Positions 52,013 to 61,190 of a stretch of DNA of 64,000 bases are shown piece by piece. The position numbers were made by a program, and so were the translations under genes. Each line of letters begins with the position of its first letter. Position 1 is the stretch's first letter. The notes beneath the pieces were generated by a model. That model was not told the origin of the DNA, made no database searches, and was given only the letters and a program-made list of their open reading frames with translations. Origin of the DNA: an uncultured Thermoplasmata archaeon (lineage in GTDB: Archaea > Thermoplasmatota > Thermoplasmata > RBG-16-68-12); assembly GCA_963768855.1 (NCBI GenBank), contig CAVYJM010000006.1, forward strand, positions 800,001-864,000. The letters run 5' to 3'.

Positions 52013-53476
52013 ATGACGGACGGGCAACTGGATTCCGTGGAGCGCGAGAATCTCCGACGGCGAACGATGAAAGCCCCGCGGCCGATGGGCCGCGGCCTGT
52101 TGGCGGTGGTGGTCGCGGTGCCCCTCCTGCTGGGGGTCATGGCGGGCGCGATCGGGGGCTACGTCCTGAAGTCGCCCTCCGCTGCCGCGGGCGCGGGGAA
52201 GACGGATTCGTTCAACCTAGACGTGTTCGATTTCTACTTCGAAGGCATGGGAGGGACGATCGACAGCGTGAAGAACCCCACGCTGAACGTGTCGATCGGC
52301 GATCAGGTGGTCATCGGGATCACGGACAAGGTGAGCACGGGGCACAACCTGTACGTCGAGGGCTACGATGCGCAGTCGGCCGACATCATGTCTGTCGGCG
52401 CGACCGCGACGGTTAGCTTCGTCGCGAACCAGGAGGGTACGTTCGCTTACTACTGCGCCATGCCGGGCCACCGGGCGCTCGGGATGGAGGGGAAGCTCGT
52501 CGTCGGCACGGGCGCCGGTGGGCCCGCATCGCTCCCGCCGATCGGCCCTGAGGTCCTGCCGGTGAACGACATCATCCGGAACGCGACGGACCTCCCGCCG
52601 CCGATCACGCGCACGACGCCCGCGACCGTCGACATCTGGCTCAACGCGACCGAGGTGAACGGCGAGATTGAGCCCGGGGTCTCATACACCTTCTGGACGT
52701 ACAATGGGAAGGTGCCGGGGCCGTTCTTCCGCGTCCGGGTGAATGACACGGTCGTCGTGCACTTCCACAACGATGCGTCGAGCATGATGAACCACTCCGT
52801 GGACTTCCATGCGGTTACGGGACCGGGAGGCGGCATGTACGCTTCCATGGCGGGCCCGGGTCAGACGAACGTGTTCACGTTCAAGGCCCTGGTCCCCGGC
52901 CTGTTCCTGTACCACTGCGGGACGCCCGACGTCCCGACCCACATCGCGAACGGGATGTTCGGGGAGATCCTGGTGCAGCCCGACATACCCCTGCCCCCTG
53001 TGGACAAGGAGTTCTACGTGGGACAGAGCGAGCTCTACACGAAGTGGCCCATCCACACGCTCGGCAACCAGGTGTTCGACGGGCAGAAGCTCTGGGACGA
53101 GCAGCCCACATACTTCGTGTTCAACGGAGCGTTCAAGGCCCTGACGGGGGCGCACGAGCTGACCGCCCAGGTGAACCAGACAATCCGCATCTACTTCGCC
53201 GACGGCGGCCCGGACTTCATCTCCTCGTTCCACGTCATCGGGGAGATCTTCACCCGCGTCTGGCAGTACGGCGACCTGATTGACCCGCCGCTCCACGGGG
53301 TGCAGACCGTCCTCGTCCCGCCCGGCGCCTGCGTGGTCGTGGACCTAACGCTCGAGTATCCGGGAAACTACACCCTCGTGGACCATGCGCTCCTGCACGC
53401 GGTGGACATGGGGGCCGTCGGCGTCCTCGACGTCACGGGTGCCGCCAACTCGACGATCTTCAACCCCGGCATGTGA
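52013..53476 (+). CDS. nirK: Copper nitrite reductase with extra N-terminal cupredoxin domain and TM anchor
   Basis: HSVDFHA, YHCG...HIANGM, SSFHVIGEIF, LVDH; extra type-1 Cu site GHNL...YYCAMPGHRALGM. Confidence 0.85.
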   Translation: MTDGQLDSVERENLRRRTMKAPRPMGRGLLAVVVAVPLLLGVMAGAIGGYVLKSPSAAAGAGKTDSFNLDVFDFYFEGMGGTIDSVKNPTLNVSIGDQVVIGITDKVSTGHNLYVEGYDAQSADIMSVGATATVSFVANQEGTFAYYCAMPGHRALGMEGKLVVGTGAGGPASLPPIGPEVLPVNDIIRNATDLPPPITRTTPATVDIWLNATEVNGEIEPGVSYTFWTYNGKVPGPFFRVRVNDTVVVHFHNDASSMMNHSVDFHAVTGPGGGMYASMAGPGQTNVFTFKALVPGLFLYHCGTPDVPTHIANGMFGEILVQPDIPLPPVDKEFYVGQSELYTKWPIHTLGNQVFDGQKLWDEQPTYFVFNGAFKALTGAHELTAQVNQTIRIYFADGGPDFISSFHVIGEIFTRVWQYGDLIDPPLHGVQTVLVPPGACVVVDLTLEYPGNYTLVDHALLHAVDMGAVGVLDVTGAANSTIFNPGM

Positions 53477-53561
53477 TCCGAATGCCCGGGATCGCGGATG
53501 TCCCGCCTCCGAGGCACCTCCTTGTGGCGGGACGATCCCCCTTTTTCGGGGAGGGATGCAC

Positions 53562-54074
53562 ATGACGACGAGACGATCCCGCGGCCTCGAGCCGCCGCCC
53601 GCGGAGCTCGCCCCCACGGGCTTTTCCCACTCGGATCCGTTCCAGATTCTCTCCGCAGAGCACGCGCTCCTCCGGCGGGATCTGGCCCGTATTCTCGAGG
53701 GCCCGCGCGACTCCGAGGCAGGTACTGTTGCCGGAGAGCGTTTGGCCTCCCTTTCCGAGCGGCTCCAGCGACATCTGATGAGCGAGGAGCGGGTGCTTTA
53801 CCCGGTGTGCGAGCGGCTCTTCGGACGGAAGGACGGTCCTGCGCCTGTCCTTCGGGGAGACCACCAGGCGATCCGCGAACGGCTCGTCGCGTTGGTGGAC
53901 GAGGCGGATCGCCTCGAACGGATTCCCCGCGGCCGATTGGACCTGCTGCGCCTCGAGCTGGACGACCATTTCGGGAGGGAGGAGCAAGTCCTCTTTCCCC
54001 TGACTCGTGCTCTCCTTACGGGGACCGAGAGCGGCTCCCTCGCCCGCAGGTTGCGCGCGCCACCCGTGCGGTGA
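53562..54074 (+). CDS. Hemerythrin-like (HHE) di-iron protein
   Basis: AEH, RHLMSEE.VLYP, GDH, DHFGREE.VLFP; GGGGAGGG SD. Confidence 0.8.
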   Translation: MTTRRSRGLEPPPAELAPTGFSHSDPFQILSAEHALLRRDLARILEGPRDSEAGTVAGERLASLSERLQRHLMSEERVLYPVCERLFGRKDGPAPVLRGDHQAIRERLVALVDEADRLERIPRGRLDLLRLELDDHFGREEQVLFPLTRALLTGTESGSLARRLRAPPVR

Positions 54075-54121
54075 AGCGAGCCTCTAAGCCGAGAGGGACC
54101 TATCCAAGGCCGGGGAACGCC

Positions 54122-55492
54122 GTGCCGGCAACGCGCCTCACGTTCTACGGGGGCATCAACGAGATCGGGGGGAACAAGTTCCTCCTCGAGGACGGAAGCG
54201 CCCGCGTCTTCCTCGACTTCGGCAAGAACTTCGGCCGGGAGAAGCAGTACTTTGACGAACCCTGGATCCGCCCGCAGAAGGAGGAGCACCTGGTCGCCCT
54301 CGGCATCCTGCCGAACCTGCCGGGGATGTACAAGAAGGACTCCAAGGCGGAACGGAATCTCGACGCGGTCCTGCTCACCCACCCGCACACGGACCACTAC
54401 GATGCGATCCGCTGGCTCCGGGACGACATCCCCTCCTATGCGACTGCGACGACGAACGCGGTGATTCTCGCTCGCGAGTACGCGGGGCGCATGGGCCCGT
54501 CGAAGGACTACTACATCGCGAACTGGACGAAGGACGGCGGGAAGGAGGACTTCCGCACGCTGGAGACGATTGAGCCTGGGAAGCCCCGCGACGTCGCCGG
54601 GCTGCCCACGACCGCGTTCGGGGTGGACCACTCCGTCCTGGGCAGCGTCGGCTACGTAGTCGAGACTGCCGCGGGGAACGTGGCGTACACGGGGGACTTC
54701 CGCCTCCATGGCGCGCGCGCCGCACAGAGCCGCGCGTTCCTCGAGAAGGCGAAGGCCCACGAGCCGGTGGCCCTCCTGATCGAAGGCACCCATGTGGGCG
54801 AATCGAAGATCGAGTCCGAGGACGAGGTAGAGCAGAAGCTGACGACCGTGGTCGATCAGACCAACGGGCTCGTGCTCGCGGGGTTCGCGCCCGCGGACGT
54901 CGATCGGCTCAACACGTTCCACAAGGTCGCCAAGGCCACGAACCGCACGCTCATCGTCACCGCGAAGCAAGCCTTCCTCTTGGATCAGCTGAATGAGAAG
55001 GGTCTCTTCGACGAATTCGACCTTACCTCGACGAACGTGCGCATCTTCCGGAAGGAGAAGAAGACCACGGTCGAGTTCGAGAAGCATCTCGAGGAGAAGT
55101 TCGGGGACCGGATCGTGGACGCGGAGCACGTCAAGGCGATGCAGTCCGAGGCGATCCTCGTGGCCTCGCTCACGGACATGCTCGCCCTCCCGACGATCGA
55201 GCCGGTGGCGGGCAGCGTCTACATCCTGTCGAGCAGCGAGCCGTTCAACGAGGAGATGGAGATCTCGTTCGACAAGCTGATGGGCTGGCTCACCCGGTAC
55301 GGCCTGCCCCTCTTCCAGGTGCACGCGTCGGGCCACGCGACCGCCCACGACCTTCGCGCGGCCGTGGAGACGATCCGGCCGAAGAAGGTTTACCTCGTGC
55401 ACACGGAGAACCCGGCCCTGTACGCCCGGTTCCTGGGGAAGCTGGGTTTCGAGACGGTCCAGCCCATCGAGGGCCAGCCGTATGAGCTGTGA
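54122..55492 (+). CDS. RNase J-like MBL/beta-CASP hydrolase
   Basis: LTFYGGINEIGGNK, THPHTDH, VDHS, YTGDFR, IEGT, HASGHA, VHTE. Confidence 0.82.
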   Translation: MPATRLTFYGGINEIGGNKFLLEDGSARVFLDFGKNFGREKQYFDEPWIRPQKEEHLVALGILPNLPGMYKKDSKAERNLDAVLLTHPHTDHYDAIRWLRDDIPSYATATTNAVILAREYAGRMGPSKDYYIANWTKDGGKEDFRTLETIEPGKPRDVAGLPTTAFGVDHSVLGSVGYVVETAAGNVAYTGDFRLHGARAAQSRAFLEKAKAHEPVALLIEGTHVGESKIESEDEVEQKLTTVVDQTNGLVLAGFAPADVDRLNTFHKVAKATNRTLIVTAKQAFLLDQLNEKGLFDEFDLTSTNVRIFRKEKKTTVEFEKHLEEKFGDRIVDAEHVKAMQSEAILVASLTDMLALPTIEPVAGSVYILSSSEPFNEEMEISFDKLMGWLTRYGLPLFQVHASGHATAHDLRAAVETIRPKKVYLVHTENPALYARFLGKLGFETVQPIEGQPYEL

Positions 55493-55518
55493 TGCCTGCG
55501 GCCCATGGCCAGTTCGAA

Positions 55519-56295
55519 TCAGCCCGGGGTGATTTCCAGCCGAGCACGACCTTCGAGGTCTTCGGTCCGCGCGACCAGGACATAATTCCCCGGTCGGATG
55601 TCGCTCGGCAGGGTGAGCCGTGTCTCGAGGGAATCCTCGCCGGTTAGGTCTACCTCGTGCAAGTCGCGTTCCTGGTCATTCGGGCCCGCGAGTAGGAGCC
55701 GGACGTGCCGTCCCCCCGGAGCAGCCAGCTCTGCGTGGACGGTGATGGCGTCCCCCGGCCGCACCTCAGCCGGGGTGGCCGCGACGATGATCCCGGGCCG
55801 CCGCGCGATCTTCTCTCCGAGGCGGTGGGAGCCGTGGTGGAGGATCAGGGGCCGCTTCCCCGCATCCACGGAGAACGCGAGGACCTCTCCGATGAATGCG
55901 GTGTGGTCCCCGAGCGGGAAGTGCTGGACGAGGCGGCACTCCGCGTTTAGGAGCGCGCCACGGATCATCGGGGCCTTGATGCGCCCGGCCGCGTATGTCT
56001 CGAAGACTTCGCTCGACAGCTTGTCCGTCTCGGCCTTGGAGAAGTGACCCGCGAAGCGGATCTGCGCTCCCTGATTCTCGGACACCAGGTTGACACCGAA
56101 CTCGCCCGCGGCGAGGATCTCGTCGTGAGTCACGTTGGCCTTGTCCACGTGGACCGCGATGAGGAAGGGATGGTACGACACATTGAAGGTCCACTCCGCG
56201 GCCATGATGTTCGGTCCGCGGGGTCCATTCACCGTGATAAGCGCGCACGTCGTCGTGAACGCACGAAACGCGTCGCGCAGCGACTCGGGAGACAT
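55519..56295 (-). CDS. Flavin-reductase-like (split barrel) domain fused to a C-terminal beta-sandwich
   Basis: PNIMAAEW...VSYHP, EFGVN, AECR, GDHTAFIGEV; about 90 aa C-terminal extension VRPGDAITV...PGNYVLVA. Confidence 0.8.
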   Translation of the reverse strand: MSPESLRDAFRAFTTTCALITVNGPRGPNIMAAEWTFNVSYHPFLIAVHVDKANVTHDEILAAGEFGVNLVSENQGAQIRFAGHFSKAETDKLSSEVFETYAAGRIKAPMIRGALLNAECRLVQHFPLGDHTAFIGEVLAFSVDAGKRPLILHHGSHRLGEKIARRPGIIVAATPAEVRPGDAITVHAELAAPGGRHVRLLLAGPNDQERDLHEVDLTGEDSLETRLTLPSDIRPGNYVLVARTEDLEGRARLEITPG

Positions 56296-56414
56296 GGGAT
56301 GCACCTTGGCGTCTTTCAGAGGTCGGTCGATTATAGTGATTGGGGTTTACGAATTCGCGTAACGGCCCGCCCCACGGGGAACGTTATATGGTTTTCGTGC
56401 GTCCCGATTCCAGC

Positions 56415-57752
56415 ATGGTGGAGGAGCGCGACGTGGTCATCATCGGCGCGGGCATGGCCGGGCTCGCCTGCGCCCAGCGTCTCCAGGAGACGGGGGTCGA
56501 CTTCCTCGTCCTCGAGGCCGCAGACCGGATCGGCGGCCGGGTCCAGACGAACTACACCCTCGGTGGCGGACGCCCGTTCGAGATTGGCGCGCTGATGATC
56601 CACGGGAAGCGCGTCATCACGCACTCCTGGCTGCGCGAGTTCGGAATGCACGCCCGACCTCTGCCGACCGTGAGGCGTGCGCGGTTCTGGTGGAACGGCC
56701 GCGTGGAGCGGCTCCCGCTTCCGGGGAACCTCCTCCATCGGACGATCGGCATCCGCGCGTTCTACCAGGGGGCCTTCACCCTCCCGAAGCGGCTCGTTGC
56801 ATACGACGGCCCGGACCTCTCTCTCGCCGAATGGCTCGAGCGCCAGACCGCGCTCCCGGGAGCGAAGCTCCTCGTCAACCTGCTCTACGCCCACGCCTCG
56901 GCCGCAGACGTCGATGCGCTGGGCGTGCGGGGACCGGCCGAGGAATCCGCCTTGGCCGACGAGGAGTTCGGGTACACGAACTTTCAGGTGGTCGAGGGAT
57001 ACGACGCCCTCGTCTCCCGTAGGGCGGCGTCCCTCTTGGACCGCATCCGCCTGAAGACCCGCGTGACGGCAATCCGGAGCTCTGGCCGCGGCGCGCGCAT
57101 CGAGACGATGGACGACCAGGGGCAGGAGGGGGAGGTGCGCGCGAAGTGCGTGGTCGTCACGCTCCCCCTGGGGGTGCTCCAGTCGGACGCGGTGACCTTC
57201 GACCCGCCCCTGCCTGAACGCAAGCGCGCCGCGATTCGTGCGATTGCCTTCGGGGACGCGATGATCATCCTCCTGCGCCTGCGGCACAGCGACCTCGCCC
57301 GCCGCCTCGGCGACTTTGGCCTCCTGTGGGGCGAGGGTCCCACGAGCTTCCATCGCCCCTATGTCGCGACCCGTGACCCGCCGGACATCCTCGACGGGTT
57401 TCTCGTCGGCCGCGAGGCCCGCAGGCGAGCGGCGCTCCCCGATGAGGAGGTCCTCGAGCTCACGATGGAGGACCTGCGGGCCATCCTGCCTCCCTCTGTC
57501 CACCCGGGCGAGGTCGAGGCGTTCACCTGCAGCCGCTGGCCCGTCCACCCGTTCACGCGCGGCGGCTACTCCTTCCTCCCTCCCGGCGGCACCGTGCAGC
57601 ACCGGAGGGACCTGGCCGCGCCCGTGGACGGCGTGCTGTTCTTCGCGGGCGAGGCGACCCACACGCATGGGGAACCCGCCACGATCCACGGCGCCATCGA
57701 GACGGGGTACCGCGCGGCCGCGGAAGTGATGCACAGCCTCCGGTCTGGATGA
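56415..57752 (+). CDS. Flavin monoamine oxidase family protein
   Basis: GAGMAGL, LEAADRIGGR, VVTLPLGVL, W..HPFTRGGYS, FFAGEAT, TIHGAIETG; ttata TATA at 56384. Confidence 0.88.
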   Translation: MVEERDVVIIGAGMAGLACAQRLQETGVDFLVLEAADRIGGRVQTNYTLGGGRPFEIGALMIHGKRVITHSWLREFGMHARPLPTVRRARFWWNGRVERLPLPGNLLHRTIGIRAFYQGAFTLPKRLVAYDGPDLSLAEWLERQTALPGAKLLVNLLYAHASAADVDALGVRGPAEESALADEEFGYTNFQVVEGYDALVSRRAASLLDRIRLKTRVTAIRSSGRGARIETMDDQGQEGEVRAKCVVVTLPLGVLQSDAVTFDPPLPERKRAAIRAIAFGDAMIILLRLRHSDLARRLGDFGLLWGEGPTSFHRPYVATRDPPDILDGFLVGREARRRAALPDEEVLELTMEDLRAILPPSVHPGEVEAFTCSRWPVHPFTRGGYSFLPPGGTVQHRRDLAAPVDGVLFFAGEATHTHGEPATIHGAIETGYRAAAEVMHSLRSG

Positions 57753-57762
57753 GCCGCCGAGC

Positions 57763-58095
57763 TTACTTGCCTTTGGACAGGTAGCGCGTCGTCTCGAGCT
57801 GGATGGTCTCCTTCCGCGCGCGGTCCACTTCGGAAATTAGGTCCACGGCATGGCGCAGGTTGCGGTGGCTCGAGGAGATTCCCCAGAGGCCGATGAGGAC
57901 GAGGGCCACGGAGGCCGCGACGAGGACCGTCTTCCAGGCGGTGGTCGACACGGACGCCTGCTGCACGAGGCTCGCCAGGTCCGGGACGAGAAGGAGGACC
58001 GCGAGGGCGAGGCCCACGACGAAGATGACCGTCCAGAGGACGGTGAGCAGGATGCGCCGGCCCACGTGCGCCTGGGAACTGGCGGAGGAGGCCAT
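57763..58095 (-). CDS. Two-TM membrane protein of unknown function
   Basis: Two hydrophobic helices plus a helical C-tail; TATA-like tttaag about 30 nt upstream. Confidence 0.6.
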   Translation of the reverse strand: MASSASSQAHVGRRILLTVLWTVIFVVGLALAVLLLVPDLASLVQQASVSTTAWKTVLVAASVALVLIGLWGISSSHRNLRHAVDLISEVDRARKETIQLETTRYLSKGK

Positions 58096-58225
58096 CGGAC
58101 CGACCAGAACGAGCTTCGTGATTCTACTTAAATCATTCCACCTCATAGTCGCGGCGGACATTCAGCCCTCCGGACCCCGTGGGAATGGGGCAAACGTTGA
58201 AAGGCCGCGAGTCCGTCGGCACAAC

Positions 58226-59779
58226 GTGGCCTCGAGGCTCGGCGGGATCGGGGCGCGCCTCCGCGGTCTACCGTGGAACCGGTTCTTTGCGGGGATTGCC
58301 GCCGGAGGAGCCGCGCTCCTCGTGACGCTCATCATGCGGGTCCTGGGCCTCGGCGTGTTCCTGCCCGAGGCGGCCCTCGAGTTCGTGATCACGCGCATCC
58401 CCGGACCGATCGAATCGTTCTTCATCGGCTCCCTGGGCGAGGGCGCGAAAGGGCTCGGGTTCGTCAGCGCGTTGGTCGCGGTGGAGGTCGCGTACGGGCT
58501 CGGTGCGCTCGCCTTCCGCCGGCTCGAGTCGTTCGTGCACGCGCGCGCGGCCCTGATCGCGGTCTACACGATCGGGAGCGCAGCGATCGTCCTGTTCGTC
58601 GCCCTCCCGCTCCTCGGCGCGGGCGTCGCGGGTTCCGAGACGGATGCCGGAGCGACCTTCGCTATCCTCAGCCAGCTGATCGGCGGGTGGATCTACGGCG
58701 CCTTCCTGGACTACTTCCTCATCGAGGTCGCAAGCCGTCACCCCGAGGGATTCAGCCCTTCCAGGAGGCAGTTCGTCATGGGGGCCGCGGCGGGCCTCGG
58801 GGCCCTCGCGTTCGCCTACGTCGCATTCAGCGAGGCGGTCGTGCAACCGGCGCGGCTGGCCTTCGCCTCCCTTGCGGAGCTGATCGCGAAGGAGGTCACC
58901 CCGACCTCCGACTTCTACGTCGTCACAAAGAACCTGATCGATCCGGTCGTCGACCCCGCGACCTGGAACCTGACCGTGGACGGACTGGTTTCGTCCCCGC
59001 TCGCCCTCGACTACGCATCCTTGCAGTCGAAGATCCAGACCGGGGCCCTCCCTGCCACGGAGGAGTACGCTACAATGGAGTGCGTGAGCAACGAGGTCGG
59101 GGGGAACCTGATCGGGACCGCGAAGTGGAGCGGCGTCCGCCTCGCGGACCTGCTCCAGATGGCGGGACTCGATACGGCGGCGGACTGGATCGAGTTCACC
59201 TGCGCCGACGGGTACACCGTGGCGATCTCGCTCGCCCAGGCGTCCGACCCGGCGACCCTGTTCGTCCTCCATATGAACGGCGCTGACCTGGAGGCGCGGC
59301 ACGGTGGGCCGGCCCGCATCCTCGTTCCCGGGAAGTACGGCATGTTTTCCGCGAAGTGGGTCAACCGGATCACGGCGATCCAAGGGGAGTATCTCGGGTT
59401 CTGGCAGCAGAAAGGGTGGACGAACGACGGACACATTGCGACGGAGGCCCTGATCGCGACGCCGGGCGATGGCACGGTCTTCTCCGGATCCGTGACGATC
59501 GGCGGTTTCGCCATCTCCGCCGCCGAAGGCATCTCCAAGGTCGAGGTCAGCACGGACGGCGGGTCCACCTGGTCCGTTGCCCAGCTCCGGACCCCCAAGG
59601 ACCCCAAACTGACTTGGGTCCTCTGGACGTTCCCATGGGCTCCCCCTTCGGGAGGAGCCTACCGGATCGTCGCACGCGCGTACGACGGGAATGGCGTCGT
59701 CCAGAGTGGGTCAGTCGCCCCGCCCTTCCCAAACGGCGCCTCCGGCTACGACAGCGTGACGCTCCTCGCGTCCGCGTGA
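58226..59779 (+). CDS. Sulfite-oxidase-family molybdoenzyme with polytopic N-terminal membrane domain
   Basis: TPTSDFYVV, Mo-ligand Cys in TMECVSN, AKWSGVRL, MNG..L...HGGPAR.LVPG.YG..SAKW, W.LW; start inferred. Confidence 0.85.
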   Translation: MASRLGGIGARLRGLPWNRFFAGIAAGGAALLVTLIMRVLGLGVFLPEAALEFVITRIPGPIESFFIGSLGEGAKGLGFVSALVAVEVAYGLGALAFRRLESFVHARAALIAVYTIGSAAIVLFVALPLLGAGVAGSETDAGATFAILSQLIGGWIYGAFLDYFLIEVASRHPEGFSPSRRQFVMGAAAGLGALAFAYVAFSEAVVQPARLAFASLAELIAKEVTPTSDFYVVTKNLIDPVVDPATWNLTVDGLVSSPLALDYASLQSKIQTGALPATEEYATMECVSNEVGGNLIGTAKWSGVRLADLLQMAGLDTAADWIEFTCADGYTVAISLAQASDPATLFVLHMNGADLEARHGGPARILVPGKYGMFSAKWVNRITAIQGEYLGFWQQKGWTNDGHIATEALIATPGDGTVFSGSVTIGGFAISAAEGISKVEVSTDGGSTWSVAQLRTPKDPKLTWVLWTFPWAPPSGGAYRIVARAYDGNGVVQSGSVAPPFPNGASGYDSVTLLASA

Positions 59780-59786
59780 CCGGGGA

Positions 59787-59987
59787 TCAGGCGGCTTTCT
59801 TCGCGCCGGGCGAGCGCGCGCCCGTGACGAGCAGACCGAGGCCGACGACGAGGAGGACGACTCCGACGGCGAGCCAGAAGGAGCTCCCGGACATCACGGA
59901 ACCCATGATCACATCCGCGCCCTGGAGGGTCCAGACCAGACCGACGAGGAGCGCGATCACACCGATGCCGACGAACAGGGTTCGCAT
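59787..59987 (-). CDS. Small two-TM membrane protein
   Basis: GLVWTLQG...GSVMSGSSFW pattern; 66 aa. Confidence 0.65.
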   Translation of the reverse strand: MRTLFVGIGVIALLVGLVWTLQGADVIMGSVMSGSSFWLAVGVVLLVVGLGLLVTGARSPGAKKAA

Positions 59988-60043
59988 GCGCGCGACGAGC
60001 CGCGATTCACGCTTAAGGCTTCACCCAACTCCCCGCGCCGCGG

Positions 60044-60670
60044 TCACCGGAGCCGGGTCGATTCCAGCGTCGTCTCCAGGCCCCAATCATACAGCAGGTA
60101 GAAGTGCTCCCTCCCAGAGGGTGCGGCGACCACGCCGATGAGCCACGGGTCCGCCATGCCGACCGCCTGCCACACCTCGAGGCGTTCGAAGTGCTGCAAC
60201 ATGTGCCTCGCGCGATGCACGGCCTCCGCGGGGAGGGCCCTCGCCCGGCTCAGGGGATGGCGCTTGAAGTTCCATACGCTCCAGTCCGCCCATAGCACGG
60301 ACTTCTTCGGGATCGCCGAGGCGAGCTCCGGGGAGAGGAGGGTCAGGTACTCTTTCCTCACGGAAGCGAACAGGTGGTCCTTGGAGACCACCGGGATCTC
60401 AATCAGGCCGCGGAGGTTGTCCCGGGCCCAGGCCTCGAACGCGATCTCCGCGCGGCGGCTCAGGATCCGCTGGGGGAGGCTCTGAAGCACGGTCTCCGTG
60501 TGCTCCAAGTCCGCCTCGAAGGTGCGTGCCATCTCCGAGTCGGAGCGATAGAGCCCGATCTTCTCCTGGGCCTCGCGCAGCTCGTCCTGCCACAGGCGGA
60601 CCAGGTTGTCGTCGCTTTCCACTTCGTCGGACACACGTATCTGTGCAGCCGCCTCGACGAGCTGCTCCAT
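60044..60670 (-). CDS. Hypothetical protein
   Basis: Coiled N-terminal half and Trp-rich C-terminal domain (FERLEVW...DPWLIG...FYLLYDWG); typical codon usage. Confidence 0.65.
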   Translation of the reverse strand: MEQLVEAAAQIRVSDEVESDDNLVRLWQDELREAQEKIGLYRSDSEMARTFEADLEHTETVLQSLPQRILSRRAEIAFEAWARDNLRGLIEIPVVSKDHLFASVRKEYLTLLSPELASAIPKKSVLWADWSVWNFKRHPLSRARALPAEAVHRARHMLQHFERLEVWQAVGMADPWLIGVVAAPSGREHFYLLYDWGLETTLESTRLR

Positions 60671-60944
60671 CAACCGTGCGCTCAAGATCTCGCCCCCGAG
60701 AATGGCTCAGGGGCTCCGGTGCGGGGAACGGCCTTCGGTGCGCTTCCCCTTCCAGACGTGAGTCTCGCTTCCCCCTGAGGTATCGACCTCGGCCAAAGGA
60801 TTAGAACCATAGTATCCGAGGAGGGGGTTTAAAACTTGAGGTTGCCCGAACGACCCCGGGGCGGCGTCCCTCCGGAGAAGGATTCCTCCTCCGCCCTCAG
60901 GTATCTGTACGCGGGCGACCATGCCCAGGCCGGGTGTGACGACC

Positions 60945-61145
60945 ATGGTGCAGAAGGTCAGCGAGATCGTGGGCGTGTCCGCGCAGAGCTTCGCGAAGGC
61001 CGCGGAGGATGCGATCAAGGAAGCGGGCAAGACCGTGAGGGGGATGAAGTGGGCGCGGGTCTCCGAGTTCGAGATGGAGCTCGACGGGTCCAAGATCAAG
61101 TCGTATCGGGCCACGGTCCGGATTTACTTCGAGGTCGAGCGCTGA
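60945..61145 (+). CDS. Dodecin family flavin-binding protein
   Basis: KVSEIVGVS..SF..A...AI..AGKTVRGMKWARV......Y......F. Confidence 0.85.
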   Translation: MVQKVSEIVGVSAQSFAKAAEDAIKEAGKTVRGMKWARVSEFEMELDGSKIKSYRATVRIYFEVER

Positions 61146-61190
61146 CCCTCTCGGATAGGACGTTCCGCGGAAGGAGCCGCCGATCCGCGT

